A program made the translations under genes and the position numbers. From the NCBI GenBank assembly GCA_002269645.1, contig NIVC01001395.1:1-64000 (forward strand): 64,000 nucleotides of DNA, read 5' to 3'. This DNA comes from Macrostomum lignano (Eukaryota). The notes below the pieces were generated by a model. The model was not told the DNA's origin, made no database searches, and saw nothing but the letters and a program-made list of their open reading frames with translations. Of this stretch, positions 26,015-39,151 are shown piece after piece; the first letter of the stretch is position 1; each line of letters opens with the position of its first letter.

Positions 26015-29000
26015 TAGGCTGTCCAATGTGATAACAAAAGTTTGTCAACAAAATCGTAAAAAGTTACAAAATAGTGTCAACTTTGATTTCAAATTTTGGA
26101 TAAAATATTGTGTGCACAGAACTGCTGAAATATACACTGAAAAGAAGAAAAAAACTCTGTAATCTGGCCAAACCCCAAGTAAAATTATTAATCCTCGTGT
26201 GATTATTTGTTAACTGAAAATAATATACTTTTCGTGTTTTTTCCTTTTTGGTTGATTTTTTACGAAAAAAACTGCTTTCACAAAATCTAATTTTAAAGAT
26301 TTAAAAACCCGTTTTTAACAAAAAGGATAGTATAAGTATGAAAGTAAACATTCCACTTTATATTTTTAGAATATTTCAAGGAAAAAAAGTTTTTCCTGTA
26401 CACCTGTATTGCAATTGAAAGAATTTAATACAAAAATAATCAAGTTTCCTTCACATCGGCAAGCAATTTGACTTTTTTCTTAGAAAGATATGCATACCAG
26501 TAATTACATGCAGAAAGAATTTGTAAGTTGCTTTTCCCGCAACATAGTTATTGTATATTTTGTAGACCATCAAAATACATGTAAATCTCCATTGAAAAGC
26601 AGATATTGCTTCTTACTATTCTAATTTATATTCAGCAGAAGTTTTTTTGCTGAAAATGAATTAATTATAAGGGGTGAACTTTTTGAGCTACTCATAGCCA
26701 TTACCATGCATACCGCAAGCTGGATTTCATGCTTTGATCCTAAATATGCACATACTACTTATATACTACTTAGTAGAAAAAATATTTTTTTGCGTAGAAA
26801 TGCATACATATACTTATAAATATGCTGTTTTCGAAAAAATGTTGATTTATTCATCTTCTCTTTCCAATCTGCCTAATATAGAAGTAAATTTACTTCCATT
26901 TAGCGAGCGACTCTACCAGCATTTTACTTCCATTTCTTTTTAACCATTGACCAAAGGCAAATGCAATCATTATTGTCAATGATGGTATATGTATAGATGT
27001 ATATACATTGTATGAAAATGTAAACAAGACACTAAGTCACTAAATAAACTTCTACAGGAGGCGCAGGTCTCTACCAATCCAGTCACGATACAAGTCGTAT
27101 TCAAATTCCTCCCCTTCGAAGTCATTGAACTCTACCAAGAACAGCAAATTGAACACATCGTGGCAGATGCCAAGTGTAGGAAGCTGCTCAATAATGCGCC
27201 CTGAATTCCACTCTTCATACTCCTCTTCCTTATCATCTTCATCGACATACAGAAACGGCATTTCGATTCGCTGATCATTGCAAAGGCGTGGCATGCCAGC
27301 TAGGAGGAGGTGGTCAAAATTGGCTGATGCTGATGGCCTAGCAGATTGACTCCCGCGATGCACACCTCTGCCTTGTGACCGCGACAAACTTAGGCTGCGT
27401 CCGCGACCATTGGATGCGCCTCTGTGCATTCCACGACCTCGTCCACGACCTAATTGTCCACTGTCAGCATCAGTGCCTGGCCTGGGGGCAGCAGGTTGTC
27501 TAGCACCCTTTGCCAAGATGGCTTGGATGACTGTGCTGACCCGCTCCTCACGGATGGCCAGCGAGTCCATGGCAACTGAAGCTGTGCGCTGACCATCCTC
27601 GTTCTGCTGGGGGGTCTGTGCCAAAATGCCCAGCACCTTGCACAAATTTTCACGGAGCTGTGCAGTTGAAAAGCGCACACCACTTGCTGAAAAATTCAGC
27701 AAGCGGACTTTGTCCTTCGGTAGGACAATCTCTAAAAAAGAATTGATAAATAAATCTAAATGTTTTCCTAAGTCTTAACATTCTCCATGCGTAAATAAAT
27801 TTTTTTCTGCTATAGGGACATACTCGTTGCCTTGTGGAGCCGGAGCTGAGCTTTTAATGCCTGCTCATGCTCAGCAGGTGACAAGGCTGCCAGCTGACTG
27901 TCCACATCATCTGCACTACGCCACATGCCACCGAATGCCTCGATGCCAACAATGGCATTTTGCAAAGTGGACGCCCGTAGCTCCTGCTTGCGCTGCTTCT
28001 CCAGCATCTTGTCGTGCAATAGCTCCTGACGTCTGTGACGAACAAATTCTGCGGAAGTGCGCACGCGCTTCTCCATGGTTGGTGCCATGACTCGGGCCCG
28101 CGACATGATCAGCTGTTTTTCGTGCTGTGACTTTGTTTCCAGCCACTCAGCAGTGCAGTTCTGGCTGAAAAGAACAGCTGACTCGCGTGCCAAATGCCTC
28201 ATGTTCGGCTTGCCATGCACCGTGTAGTCCAAAACAGCGAACATCCGCTCTCCAGCTACATTGTCTTTTGGTGCCTGAGCAGCTGCTGCCGTGTCCTCGG
28301 CAGACAGATCTCGCAGACGACCTCCTTGTAGGTGATCAGCAACTTCCCGCTGAAGCAGCACAAGACAATGGGCGCATAGAACCTGGGTATGAAAAATGGG
28401 TTATTTTACTTCAAATAGATACATGTAATTGTATATCTGCTTCATTGTACACTACAGTACTGTACATTAAAGTGTGACCAGACTAAGCAAATAACATAAA
28501 ATATCTGACCTTGAGCGCTTGACTGACAAGACTAGTCTCCGCAGATACCTCGTCCGAAGTCAGCGACTCCCACGAAGCCCGTGCATCATCATCCTGAAGC
28601 ACAACACCGGAAAGCTCCGGAAATGGGCCCCCAGCTCTGCAGTCGGGACAACCGTCTCAGCCGATGTCATTTGCTGGAGCCAACTGCAGGCAGTCTCATA
28701 TCGCTCATTCATGTCGATTAGGGTCACGCGGGAGTCCCGAAGCAGAAACCAGAGAGGACGAATGAGCAACAGGTCGAGCAAGCCCAGAGCACGGCATCCG
28801 GCCAACAGGATTGCAGATTTGAGGTCTGCTTCGACCGCGAGAAGCAGGCGGTTGCTACAGTGGTATTCCGACAGAAAGGCCAGTAGGAGATCCTTCTGCC
28901 GGTAGACATAACCGCCATTTGGAAAAATGACGTACAGTCGATTACCGCGAAAGTCTTCCATCCGGAAGCTGGGCGCACCTTTCGACGCCAGGAAGGACTC

Positions 29001-31901
29001 GAATGGCATGGCAACACCGCATTGCTCGTTTCCCAGCTTATGAAAAGCCTTGCACGTTGTACGAATAAGACGCTGAGTACCTGATTCCGACTTTGATGGA
29101 CGAAAGCCCCCAATTGCAGCGGAACCGATTAGCTCAGACGTGGCACATTTCTCATAGTCGAACAGTCCCTTATCCACGGCACCAGCCAAGTTTACAATGA
29201 CATGCATGCCGCAGAAGAGCGATACAACAGGAGGAGGCGGCGCCTTTCCGTGTTCACCGGCCAGTTGAGAGCGCATGTCGTTCAGAAGAACCTGAGTTGC
29301 GTAGACGCGTAGATGCAGGTGAGGTGGCGGTAGAAAAGTACACTAGTTCTGTAAATAATCAAAATTTTTATAATTTTTATATTTATTTGCTTCAAATATT
29401 TCAATTTCTTACCTGAAGGCTCTTGTTAACGACGTGGCGATCTGTCATCAGAAATTTTAGGCGCATCATCACGTTGTACTTCATCTTCTGGCGCTCCTCT
29501 TCACTGCCTTCCAAAGTTAGTGCGCAGAAGGTGTCTACAAGTTCATCGATAGAGGCGTCCAACTCGCGAAGGTACGTTTCCGCGGTGCCGCCTTCCACTT
29601 CTCGCAGAGACAGGCCAACATGGCGGTTGTCAGCTGAGCCGAGGTCAATCTGTAAAATGCAACCAATTTTTTTATTTTGACTCTTTAGGAAAACTTGATG
29701 CCTTGGCTTTATTGAAACGAGGAAATTATTTTATTCCATGTACATGTACACGCATTTTGCAGGTCTCCATTCATCTCCAACTCACCTGGTACTCAGCGTA
29801 ATGCCGACCCTTCTTTGACGTGCCGTCGGTCATCAGCGTGAGTGGCTGATCTGTCTGTGTGACTGCCAGGATTTTGTCCATCCCACTAGCCTTCGCCAGA
29901 CAGTTTCCGACGCTGAATGCACAGCTAGCAATCAGCGACTTAGACGGCAGCTCCATTGACTTCGAATCAAAGGATGTGAACCCCGCCAGGACATGCTGGA
30001 TGCACGGGGACACATATCGGACTGGGACATGGCAGTCGAGAACGAGCTTTACGCAGGTTTCAATTACCTAGTTAAAGATCAATTTCGAAATTCGATTTTA
30101 GTTTTACTACATGTAGCAGCAAAAGTAGAACAATACTGATAAGAAAATAGAGAATAGCATACATAAAATTTATAGCTATTGACTATTGTATTGAACTTAT
30201 AAGTATCTCATACCTGGTTACTGTATTGCAGTCCTCCTCTGGGGCGGTTCTCCTTCGTCGAAATCAAGTTGCCTTTCTCCGCCCCCTCCAGAGAGATCGA
30301 CACCTGGTCCAGACTGCTGTGGAGCTCGCGAATCTCGCGTTGCAGCTCACCGACTTTCTGCTTCGAGCTCTGCTGGGACACGCTTTGTCGGTCATGCTGT
30401 CTGACCTGGGCTCGAAGCTCGCAAATCGTTTCGCGCTGACGCAGATTCTCCTGCAGCAGCTGCTGCACCTTCTTCTTCGAACTATCAACTTTCGATTGCA
30501 GAGTTCGGAGCTGCCGAGTATAAAAGCCGGCACTAGGTCGTTTGGCAAGACGGCAATGCAGGGCGTGGAGCTGCTGTTCCTTCTGACACAGCTGCCGTCG
30601 GAGGTCGGAATTGATGTCCGACAGAGCTGCCTGGACGCCAGTTTGCTCCTCAACTGACAGCGGATGAGGCCTGCTGGTGAATGCGATCTGTGCTAGGAAG
30701 CAGATCAGCTTCAGCGTCGCCCATGTCAAGATCATCCACTTGTTCGGGCTCAGCTGGCAGCCTTTTCCCTACAAAATGCTGCACCTCTTGGAGAAGTACT
30801 TGAGGCACATCAAAGCTGGCTTCAAGAAAGGCATCATAAGACGAATGAAGCTTGCCAGACTTCAGTTCGCGCTTGTGATCTCTGTACAAATCTTGTGCCT
30901 TCTTCTTGCAATGGCAGACCTTTCGCAGAAGAGCCTCTTTGCACTTGTCACTAAGGCTCACCGAAATGAGCCCCATTGCACGAAGCAGGTGAGTTGCCAT
31001 AGCAACGCCTGTTTCATTTTTACTTCTCGCCTTTTCGAAAAAATGGATGGCCCTTTGATTTGAAATGACCACAAGGCGATCTTTTGAAGATGATGCCATT
31101 TTAACTTTGAATGAGAAGGCTGAAAATCCATGTTCATGAAAAAGTGCATTGGCCTTTGCCAACAAAACTAGTGTTGTGCAATATAAATAGAATTGATAAA
31201 AACATTTTATAATATTTATCATTCCCTAATAAACTAAGAATAAAATACATTACATGGCATAGGTACCCTATATTAGAACTTAATGAGATAATAAAGATTT
31301 AAGTCAAATATATACATTTGTGCAGTAAAGGTACAAATTAATTATATATAGAAATGAATAAAACAACAATCTTTTCTCTAGATAATTAATTCTTAGCAAA
31401 ACTTTATATAATATTTAATATACATGTTCTTAACACAAGGACAAAATAGTGAGAGTATATCTTCCATATTTTTTAAGTTTTCCATGTTTGAATAAAAAAA
31501 TCATGCATCCAGTAGCTTGTACTTTTATATTTTTTAAAAATTCTTTTACAAAATCCAATGATATCTCTATAAATAGACAATGACAAATATATCACAAAAA
31601 ATGAAAACAATTTCTTTTTTCAAATGACACCAGAGCCAATAATTTCTTGCCAAAAATAAGAAAGTTATGTTCATTTAAACACAAAAAAAAATTTTCCAGA
31701 ATGAAAAAATGAACCAGATCATAATGTATTTTTGTCATCTAAAAAGTTCAAATTTTTAAACACAAAAATCGTTATAACTTTTTTATTACTAGTTCAATTT
31801 TCATGAGTGAAGTCTTTTTGGAATGCTACAAACATCCTCTATAATGTTTTATTGTTAGATTAGCAGATTTTTTTATTTTCAAAGTCTCATTGGACAGCCT
31901 A
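26015..31901 (-). mobile_element. Full-length hAT-related DNA transposon (7-bp TSD, hATw-like), 5887 bp
   Basis: TIR taggctgtccaatgtga (26015-26031) versus tctcattggacagccta (31885-31901), 16/17 match. Perfect flanking direct repeat tcctaag at 26008-26014 and 31902-31908. Encloses a spliced transposase gene. Confidence 0.92.
27052..31099 (-). pseudogene. Six-exon DDE transposase (~1140 aa) with two 1-nt frameshifts and a C-terminal spindlin/Tudor-like module
   Basis: Exons 31099-30214, 30067-29786, 29649-29413, 29291-28510, 28382-27824 and 27731-27052 have GT-AG junctions. Motifs: LTLMTDGTSKK (D1), FLMTDRHVVNK (D2), FCGMH (CxxH), FRGNRLYVIF, KDNVAGERMFAVLD (E). Frameshifts near 30655-30735 and 28565-28650. 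Confidence 0.85.
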
Positions 31902-34679
31902 TCCTAAGTTCTTGAAAATGTTCCTAGAAATAAAACTTGCTGCTCTGGAAGTAGCTAGATAGCACTGATGTACTATCTATCAATTTGTCTAAAATTGAAC
32001 CTGAAACGTTAGCCTTAACTTTGTAGGGTTGCTGCTACCTTGGTGTGCAGACTCGACGCGTTAGCAGAGTTGTCTATCTGGCACCTGAAATAAAATAACA
32101 AAGTTGCTCGGAGCAAAGGCAAATATGAAAATGTCTCGACAGTCAATTGTTCTAGTAGAATGTTGCTCAACTCAAACCTGAAACCTGAAAAACCTGAAAT
32201 GAGAGAGGAAAGCTCAGAGGCAGAGAGGCAACTCCAGTCGAACCCAGGCAGGATGATGCAATCTGGAGAAAAAAGGCTTGCAGATGCTCCATATTTATAG
32301 CCAAGCAGACCCCCCAAAAATCATGTGAGTTTCATGCAGTGAGCGCATGAAACTTCCTTATTTGGTCATCAGGATCATGCAAGCAACATGTGATCCAAGG
32401 CTGACTTCCAAATAAGACAAGCCTGTCACGCGACAGTGGTGTGACTCAAGGTCAGTGGCCATGTACAGTGTGTGTGCAGTCACATGCTTTTCTGTGCTAA
32501 AAAAAGAACTTGGGTAGATAAGTCATCCTGCTACAGCTCCTCAGCGTGGGAGAAGAAGACATTGAGTGTAGTTGCCACGCCTGCTCAGGCGATGAGTCAT
32601 TGGGTAGTAAACACTTGGGCCTAGCACAGGGTAACTCTCACTAGATCAGGTGGACTGAGCCACTGTGCAGCAGATCACAGTGCCCTTAGGAAAAGCTAGT
32701 GAATGCTGCTGAATAGCCAGTTAGCAGCTAGTCACTGCACTCTCCCCGTCCAAATTAAATTATAGCAGCAAAACGATGATTCAATTTATTTGAAAAGAAC
32801 AATTTGGCTCTAATAAAGCCATGCAAATTTTATTGAAAATGTTTTAATAAACTAAGGCAGCACTAATTATAGAGTTGGTGTACAAAGTGCGCAAAAGTCA
32901 AAGCTGCTAGTCATGAATCAAATTGTTACGTACGAGTATTATCAAAGATTTTTGATTGTACATGTTTTAATGAATGATTGTTAGTGTAATAAGTTTTTTT
33001 GAGATGCTGAGTTCAAGCTGAATTGAATGAAATGTTAGAGTAGAATAGCGTATTAGTTTTGAGTTGTACATACCAATGTTTTAATGAGACATAACTTATT
33101 TTTGCAACTAATTGTTGGACTCAACCGTCCTAGTGTTTATGAATTTCAAAATCATACAAAACAGTGAAGCTCATCTGGGACTTGGGTGGCTTGACCTGAG
33201 AAAAAAACATTTTGAGGATGGCTAGTTCCAAGGACTTTGCATGCGGCGGTTCAGGCAGAAGGGCGGTGGCGGTGTGGCGGGCCACTTTGGCAATGACTAA
33301 TACTAAGTAGATAATGAGGCATTTTGCTTTAATAAGATAGTCATAGTTACTCTTGCTGTTTATCCAAAGTTGCATTAATTTTACTTAAAGGTTTCTTTTA
33401 TATGTAAGTTGCATTTTTGGCAAAAAACTATATCACATTTTTTTAAAATTAAGTTGCATGCCTGACTGAATTTTGGAGGTTGTGCATATATGGCACAAAA
33501 TAAATACCTTGTTGCAAATATATCATTTTTTGTTTAGCATTACTACTAGCAATGGTTTCTTGATAAACTAATAGTGAGAAATTTGATAGATGTAATAAAT
33601 TGGTACAAACACAAAAAAGATTGAAGTTTTGTATTATAGGTAATTAGTTTCAAATCTACTATTGTAGCTTGCCTGAGCCCCTCATCAGTATTTATAAATA
33701 TTAATATGTTTTATTTAACATATTAGTTAATATTACAATAGCTATTAAGTTGCTAATTAATGGTACAAAGAGAAAGAGTAGATATAACAGAAATTCAATG
33801 CTGTGGCCATCTTGGTCTTACACCATTAGTTGGCCTTTATTCTTTAAAAGAATACCAACTTGGTCTGTTTTGCTTTAAAAAATAAAAAAGTAATTATAGT
33901 TATTAGGGTTTAATAAAAAATATAACTATTTTAATGCTGATAAAATCATTTATATCTAATGTATTTATTCTTTTTACAATTGTTTACTAAATAAAAATGA
34001 GATACATAGGCAATAAATGACCTATAAGCAAAAGGAAGGCATATATATTGTAAATTTCTATAATATACTCAAGAAATTTGGTGTCCATGTTTACATACAA
34101 AATGTTATACTAATATAATAATTATTTTTAGTTTTTAACTTCATCAAATTGAAATTAAATATCAAAATCACTAGTCTAGTAGTAATGTTTCAAAATTGAC
34201 AACTTGAAGCCGTATTTAAGGTATGTATTTGGCATACAATAGTGTACACAAAAAATTGGTCATTTTTTCTGGGTACATTCAGTGTTTTGAACTATGATAA
34301 GTAACAAATATTGTTTTTTGCTAGCACTAACTAAGGTATAAAATTGCATCTAAGGTCTTATTTTAGAAGATTCAGTAAGTAGGTCATTTTAGTAACAGGA
34401 TGCATTTGATAATGTAAAAGGCTGCATTTTTTTATTTTCTAGGAAAATTGTATTTTGAAAACATAACTATTGTTTTACTGTACGAATATGTTGAATATTT
34501 TTTATATATTGTATATTTTGCATATTACGAATATTATAGTTTGTTTTAAACCATTCTAAAATTTTTGCTATAAAAGGAAGCCCACTAGAGGCTAAGAATA
34601 ATAAAGTCTTTGCTCTGCTTTGAGCTCGCGCTTGAATATTACAAGCTTAACCAGACAAATTCAGACTGAGTTTAAGAGT

Positions 34680-35287
34680 TGTTCCAGTATTACTCATTTT
34701 TTTAGTAGTAGGTACCAGTATAGGAATTGCCCCAAGGTTGGGAGTACAATCTGTCCTCAGAGGACGAGATAACCAGATCTAGGATCTGAGAAACCCTAGA
34801 CTTAGAAGTCTAGTAACCCGCCTTTAGAAAGGCAGAAATCCTACCACAGGGTAGAGAAATCCAGGCTTAGAGTCTGAGAAACCCGCCTCAGGGCCGAATA
34901 CCCAGCAAAGTGCGCTGTGACCCTCTGATCCCGGCAACGCCCGGACTGAGAGAAACCCTCCTAGAGGAGTAAATTAGGGATACATAGAGTTAGAGGATTA
35001 GTGCCAGAAGACCGCTCAGGCCAGTAAAAGTACATACGCTACCAGTAAAAGTACATACGCTACCAATAAGAGTACATACGCTACCAATAGAAGTACATAC
35101 GCTACTAGTAAAAAGCAGATAATAAACAGCAATATTAACAAGAAGAAATAACCCCTGTAACAACTTTGGTGTCAGCGGTTGAAATTGTATAGAGAGACGG
35201 AGCCCTACAGCAGCTTTTGGTGGCATCTAGTGGGATCCTCATAGGGAGTTAAAAGGCCTGTAACAACTTTGGTGGCAATAGTAGGAT
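34680..35287 (+). mobile_element. LTR-like remnant (TGTT...AACA) followed by three degenerate tRNA-Leu PBS-like motifs
   Basis: Begins tgtt (34680), has AATAAA near 35120 and ends tgtaaca (35162). PBS-like motifs: tggtgtcagcggt (35167), tggtggcatctagtgggat (35218), tggtggcaatagtaggat (35270). Internal 21-bp repeat agtaaaagtacatacgctacc x4. Confidence 0.4.
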
Positions 35288-35719
35288 ATTATTAATAGAG
35301 GCAGAAGTAAGCCCTACGTCAATAATATTAGTTGGTAGTTATTTTGGTAAAAAAAATTTTTTTATATTTTAGCAATTCCACCAATAGATTGTTACATATA
35401 TTCCAAATTTAGGATTATGTCATTTTTGCCAGAATTTCTAGTGAATATTTGTAACAGCTAGTGTATACTTTTAATATACAATTTTTTTGGAAAGTCTTAT
35501 GGCACATATATCTAAATTTTGATATATAAGGTACATTATATGGCATATATATACTTATTCTAGACCTGAAAAAGGTCTAGAATTGCTAGAAATTGCTAGA
35601 ATTGCTAGGCATTGCTAGAAATGGGACAAAATGGAAATTTTAAACGAATTTGATTCAAATATCTAACAGAACCAATTCAAATGCTGAATAAGAATACTTC
35701 AGTGAATAATATCCCTTTA

Positions 35720-37102
35720 CGAGGTTCACTCAGAAAGTTCTTAGCTTGAACACGAAAACAGCAACAAATGAACTAAAAAGCGACTACAAGTGCTCAAAAT
35801 ACTCTCCACCGGCATTGATACAGGCTTGCATCCTGTGAAACCAGCTGTCGAAGCACTGCCGCCAATCCTCATCCCGGAGCTCCTCGATGATGTTTTTAAA
35901 CTCATTCACAGCTTCTTCCGGTGAAGAAAAGACCTGGCCCTTCAGAATCTCCTTGCACTTCGGAAACAGAAAAAAGTCGCATGGTGCCAGGTCTGGACTG
36001 TACGCAGGGTGAGTCATCAGCTGGACCCCACAGTCAGCCAGAAACTCGAGAGTTTGAGCCGCCGTGTGCGCGCTGGCGTTGTCGTGGTGCAGAAGCACCC
36101 CACGCATTCCGCACCTTGGGCGCCTCTGGCTCACAGCAGAAAAGACCTTGGGCAGGCAAACCGTTGTGTACCAGTCAGCGGTGACTGTCTGGCGATCTTC
36201 AAGTGAAACGGAAGCCACATGCCCAGTGCGCATGAAGAAACAGGCCACCATCTGCTTGCCGACACTCCGGCTGCGTCGAAACTTGGTGGGGCTGTCCTCG
36301 TCTCCAAAGGTCCACATGGCTGACTGGCGCTTGCTTTCGGGGTCGTATTGATAAATCCAGGTCTCATCGCCCGTGAGGATGTCCCAGATACGCCGGCTGG
36401 TCCCGGATTCGAATTTCTGCAGCATGAATCGGCACCAAGCCACCCTGGTGTCCTTCTGCACGTCCGACAGCTGATGGGGGATCCACCGGGAAGCCAGCTT
36501 CCGCACTCCAAGGTGTTCGTGCATAATGGCGTGCACACTCCCCGATCCAATACCGATCTCCTGCTGGATCTGCTGGTAGGTCACTCGCCGGTCAGCGGCA
36601 ATCATGCTGGACACAGCGCAGATATTTTCTGGAGTCACTGCGTCACAGGGTCTCCCGGATCGATGTTCATCTTCGAGGCTTTCTCGACCTCGGTGAAACT
36701 CAGCGAACCAGTTTTTGACGGTTGCGTATGAAGGACATACATGGGTGAAAACGTTCTGTAAAGTTTGATACGAATCGGCCGGCGACTTGTCTTAAGTACA
36801 AGTACATCATTGCTCTGAAGTCGCGATTTTCCAGCTTCATTGTGTCATGCTGTACGCTCATTATTCCACGCTTAGGAATCATTATTTTAGGCTTCTAAAA
36901 ATACATTCATGAGACATTGTTGAATTGAAGATCTCAGGGGGGTGAACTGACTTTAACTCGCTGCAGTGGACTCAAAAGTGGCTGCTTCTGTTTGAAATTT
37001 TTGCTGCGATACTTTTAAAAGTTGTTCTTTACCATAGACAAATTTCATGCTTCTACGTCTCGTGGATCCTACTCAGGCTAAAGACTTTCTGAGTGACCCT
37101 CG
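35720..37102 (-). mobile_element. Full-length Tc1/mariner element (DD34D), 1383 bp
   Basis: ~30-bp TIRs cgaggttcactcagaaagttcttagcttga and reverse complement cgagggtcactcagaaagtctttagcctga. TA duplication at 35718-19 and 37103-04. Confidence 0.95.
35784..36840 (-). pseudogene. Mariner transposase with one N-terminal frameshift
   Basis: ATG at 36840 (MKLENRDFRAMM), frameshift near 36795, then ...WFAEFHRGRESLEDEHRSGRP..., WIPHQL, TGDETW, LHHDNASAH and YSPDLAPCD. There are 34 residues between the second and third Asp. Confidence 0.92.
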
Positions 37103-37929
37103 TAGCCTTTGACCAATAGGCCATCTTTACTTTGTAAGAATTAACGTCCCCAAAACCATGTTTTATAAACTCAAATCCTAATTTTTCACTTCTCCTAAAG
37201 CATAAACACAACTTGCTGACAATGGCTCAAGCATCCCTACCTTTCTTCAAGATATGCCATGTGTTATCTTATCCTTAATTCTCTACCTTTATTTATGCCT
37301 ATAACCCCTAGCACTTTTGAATCTCCAAACTCAAACTCTTAGTCTTCCAATTCTAAAGCCTTCTCAAATCTTTATACAACATACTCAATTGTTATTCCTT
37401 TAATCCCTTTGCCTTTCCTCAGAGCACAATTATCCCTAATTCTTTCCCTTCATTTATAAGTCACATCAGTACTTACTTTTAACTTGTTCTAAATATTTGT
37501 TCCACATCAAAGCATTTATTTGGTATTCAGATTGTCATCAACTTTCTGATTTTGATTTGAACCAAATATTTAGTCAATTAATTCAATTTGATTCTGAGTA
37601 TTCTGAATATTTGTCCCATCTCTAAAAGAGGCTGCATCATGCCAATATATTTTGTACAAACAAGAAGTCATATATAAGTTATGAAAAATTGAGTATTTTT
37701 TTTTTAAATTTTAATTAAAGAATTTATATAGCATAAAGTTATAAGTATATAGTTTAACAATTCTTTTGCAAACATTATAAATATGTAAAGGATAACAGCT
37801 TTATCAAAAAACATTAGTAATTTTTTTAATTTATGTAAATTTTTCTATGAACTGCATAGAATACCATCATATTTGTTCTATGTAGCCTATAAGAATTTTC
37901 ATTCCTACATGTATGCTATTTAGTGTTTT

Positions 37930-39151
37930 TAATAAAAAGAATAGACAGTAAAGCCACTTGCTTCACTCTTTTCCCTTGTCTGCCTCTGCAGGTCCAAAGG
38001 CATTGCCATTGCCTCAGCTGGGCTATAGAACTGCAGCAGCCTAGGCCTAGAAATGCTTTGAATTTAATTCTTTGCTATTCAATGTGATCAGAAGGTGCAG
38101 GGAGAATGCATACATGTAAGAATGTAAGAATATTGAATTTGTCCCATAATATTCAAACATAAACAAGAAGGATCCTCCTCATGAAATGCCCAGTGAGAAA
38201 AGCATAGATAAATATTTACCAAATTTGAAAAAAATACAAATTTGAAAGATCACTTGCATTTCAATCTGTTAATAGTAATAACCAAAATTAAATGAAACAA
38301 AACTTACCATTTTCAAAAACCTTTAAAATTTTAGTCAATGTAATAGCAAAAAAATGTTGCTAGATCATTTTCATTTGGCTGAACTCTATAGTGCCTAGCC
38401 ATCCTATACAAATTGCCAAGATTGAATAAGAATTCTGGCATTGATAGATTAGATAGATAGTATAGTATAGTTGGACTAATTATCAATTCTTGCAAATGGC
38501 TTCTAGATGTCAATAGCATGAGACATGGACTGCAATAAGCAAAATTAGACATTTTTGGATAGCCAGATAATGTGGATTGCAGTAAGCTCTATTCACCTTG
38601 AGAAACAGAATTGGGTACTTCTTCTAGCAAAACTGATATGCATGGCAATAGTAGCAAAGGACATTCCAGCTCAGGATCTAAAGCAAGTGTTGACTAGCCT
38701 TCTAGGTAAAACAATTTTAAAGCGTGGCTCATGCAAACTTCAGGATCACTATCAGTTTCAGCACAATCAATGGTGAAATGATCTAAAGGCTAGTGTCAAA
38801 AATACTTATTTGGATTAAGAAATCCTTTGACACATTCAATTTCATGTAGCATGCATTTGATTGGCCCCTTTTTATATGCCTTATGCTGTGCTAGATGATC
38901 CCAACAAGTCTTTAATGAATGATTAAAGAGATTTAATGAGTCATTTCCACACTGGAAAATGAATCATGATTTCAGACTGTTAGACTCCATCAGAAGTAGC
39001 CATTACAATTGTCTTCCGATATGGATTCTCCTTTAGGTTTTTGTATTTTGTTTCATTACAATCAATGCATATGTCTCTTGATAAAATTTCAATTGTTTTT
39101 CACTTATGGAGAACACTAATAGGAATTTGCATTGTTCAAATTGAATGACCA
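37930..39151 (-). pseudogene. Possible decayed spliced coding remnant of unknown family
   Basis: Acceptor ttatttcag (~39152), donor G|gtaagt (~38311) and acceptor ttaacag (~38265) bracket protein-like text (e.g. GYPKMSNFAYCSPCL...LYRMARHYRVQP) interrupted by many stops. Confidence 0.25.

Noticed and set aside
32015-32317. 100-aa minus-strand ORF and the 81-aa ORF at 33130-33375
   Set aside because: No recognisable motif or clear splice context; could be TE debris but not supportable.
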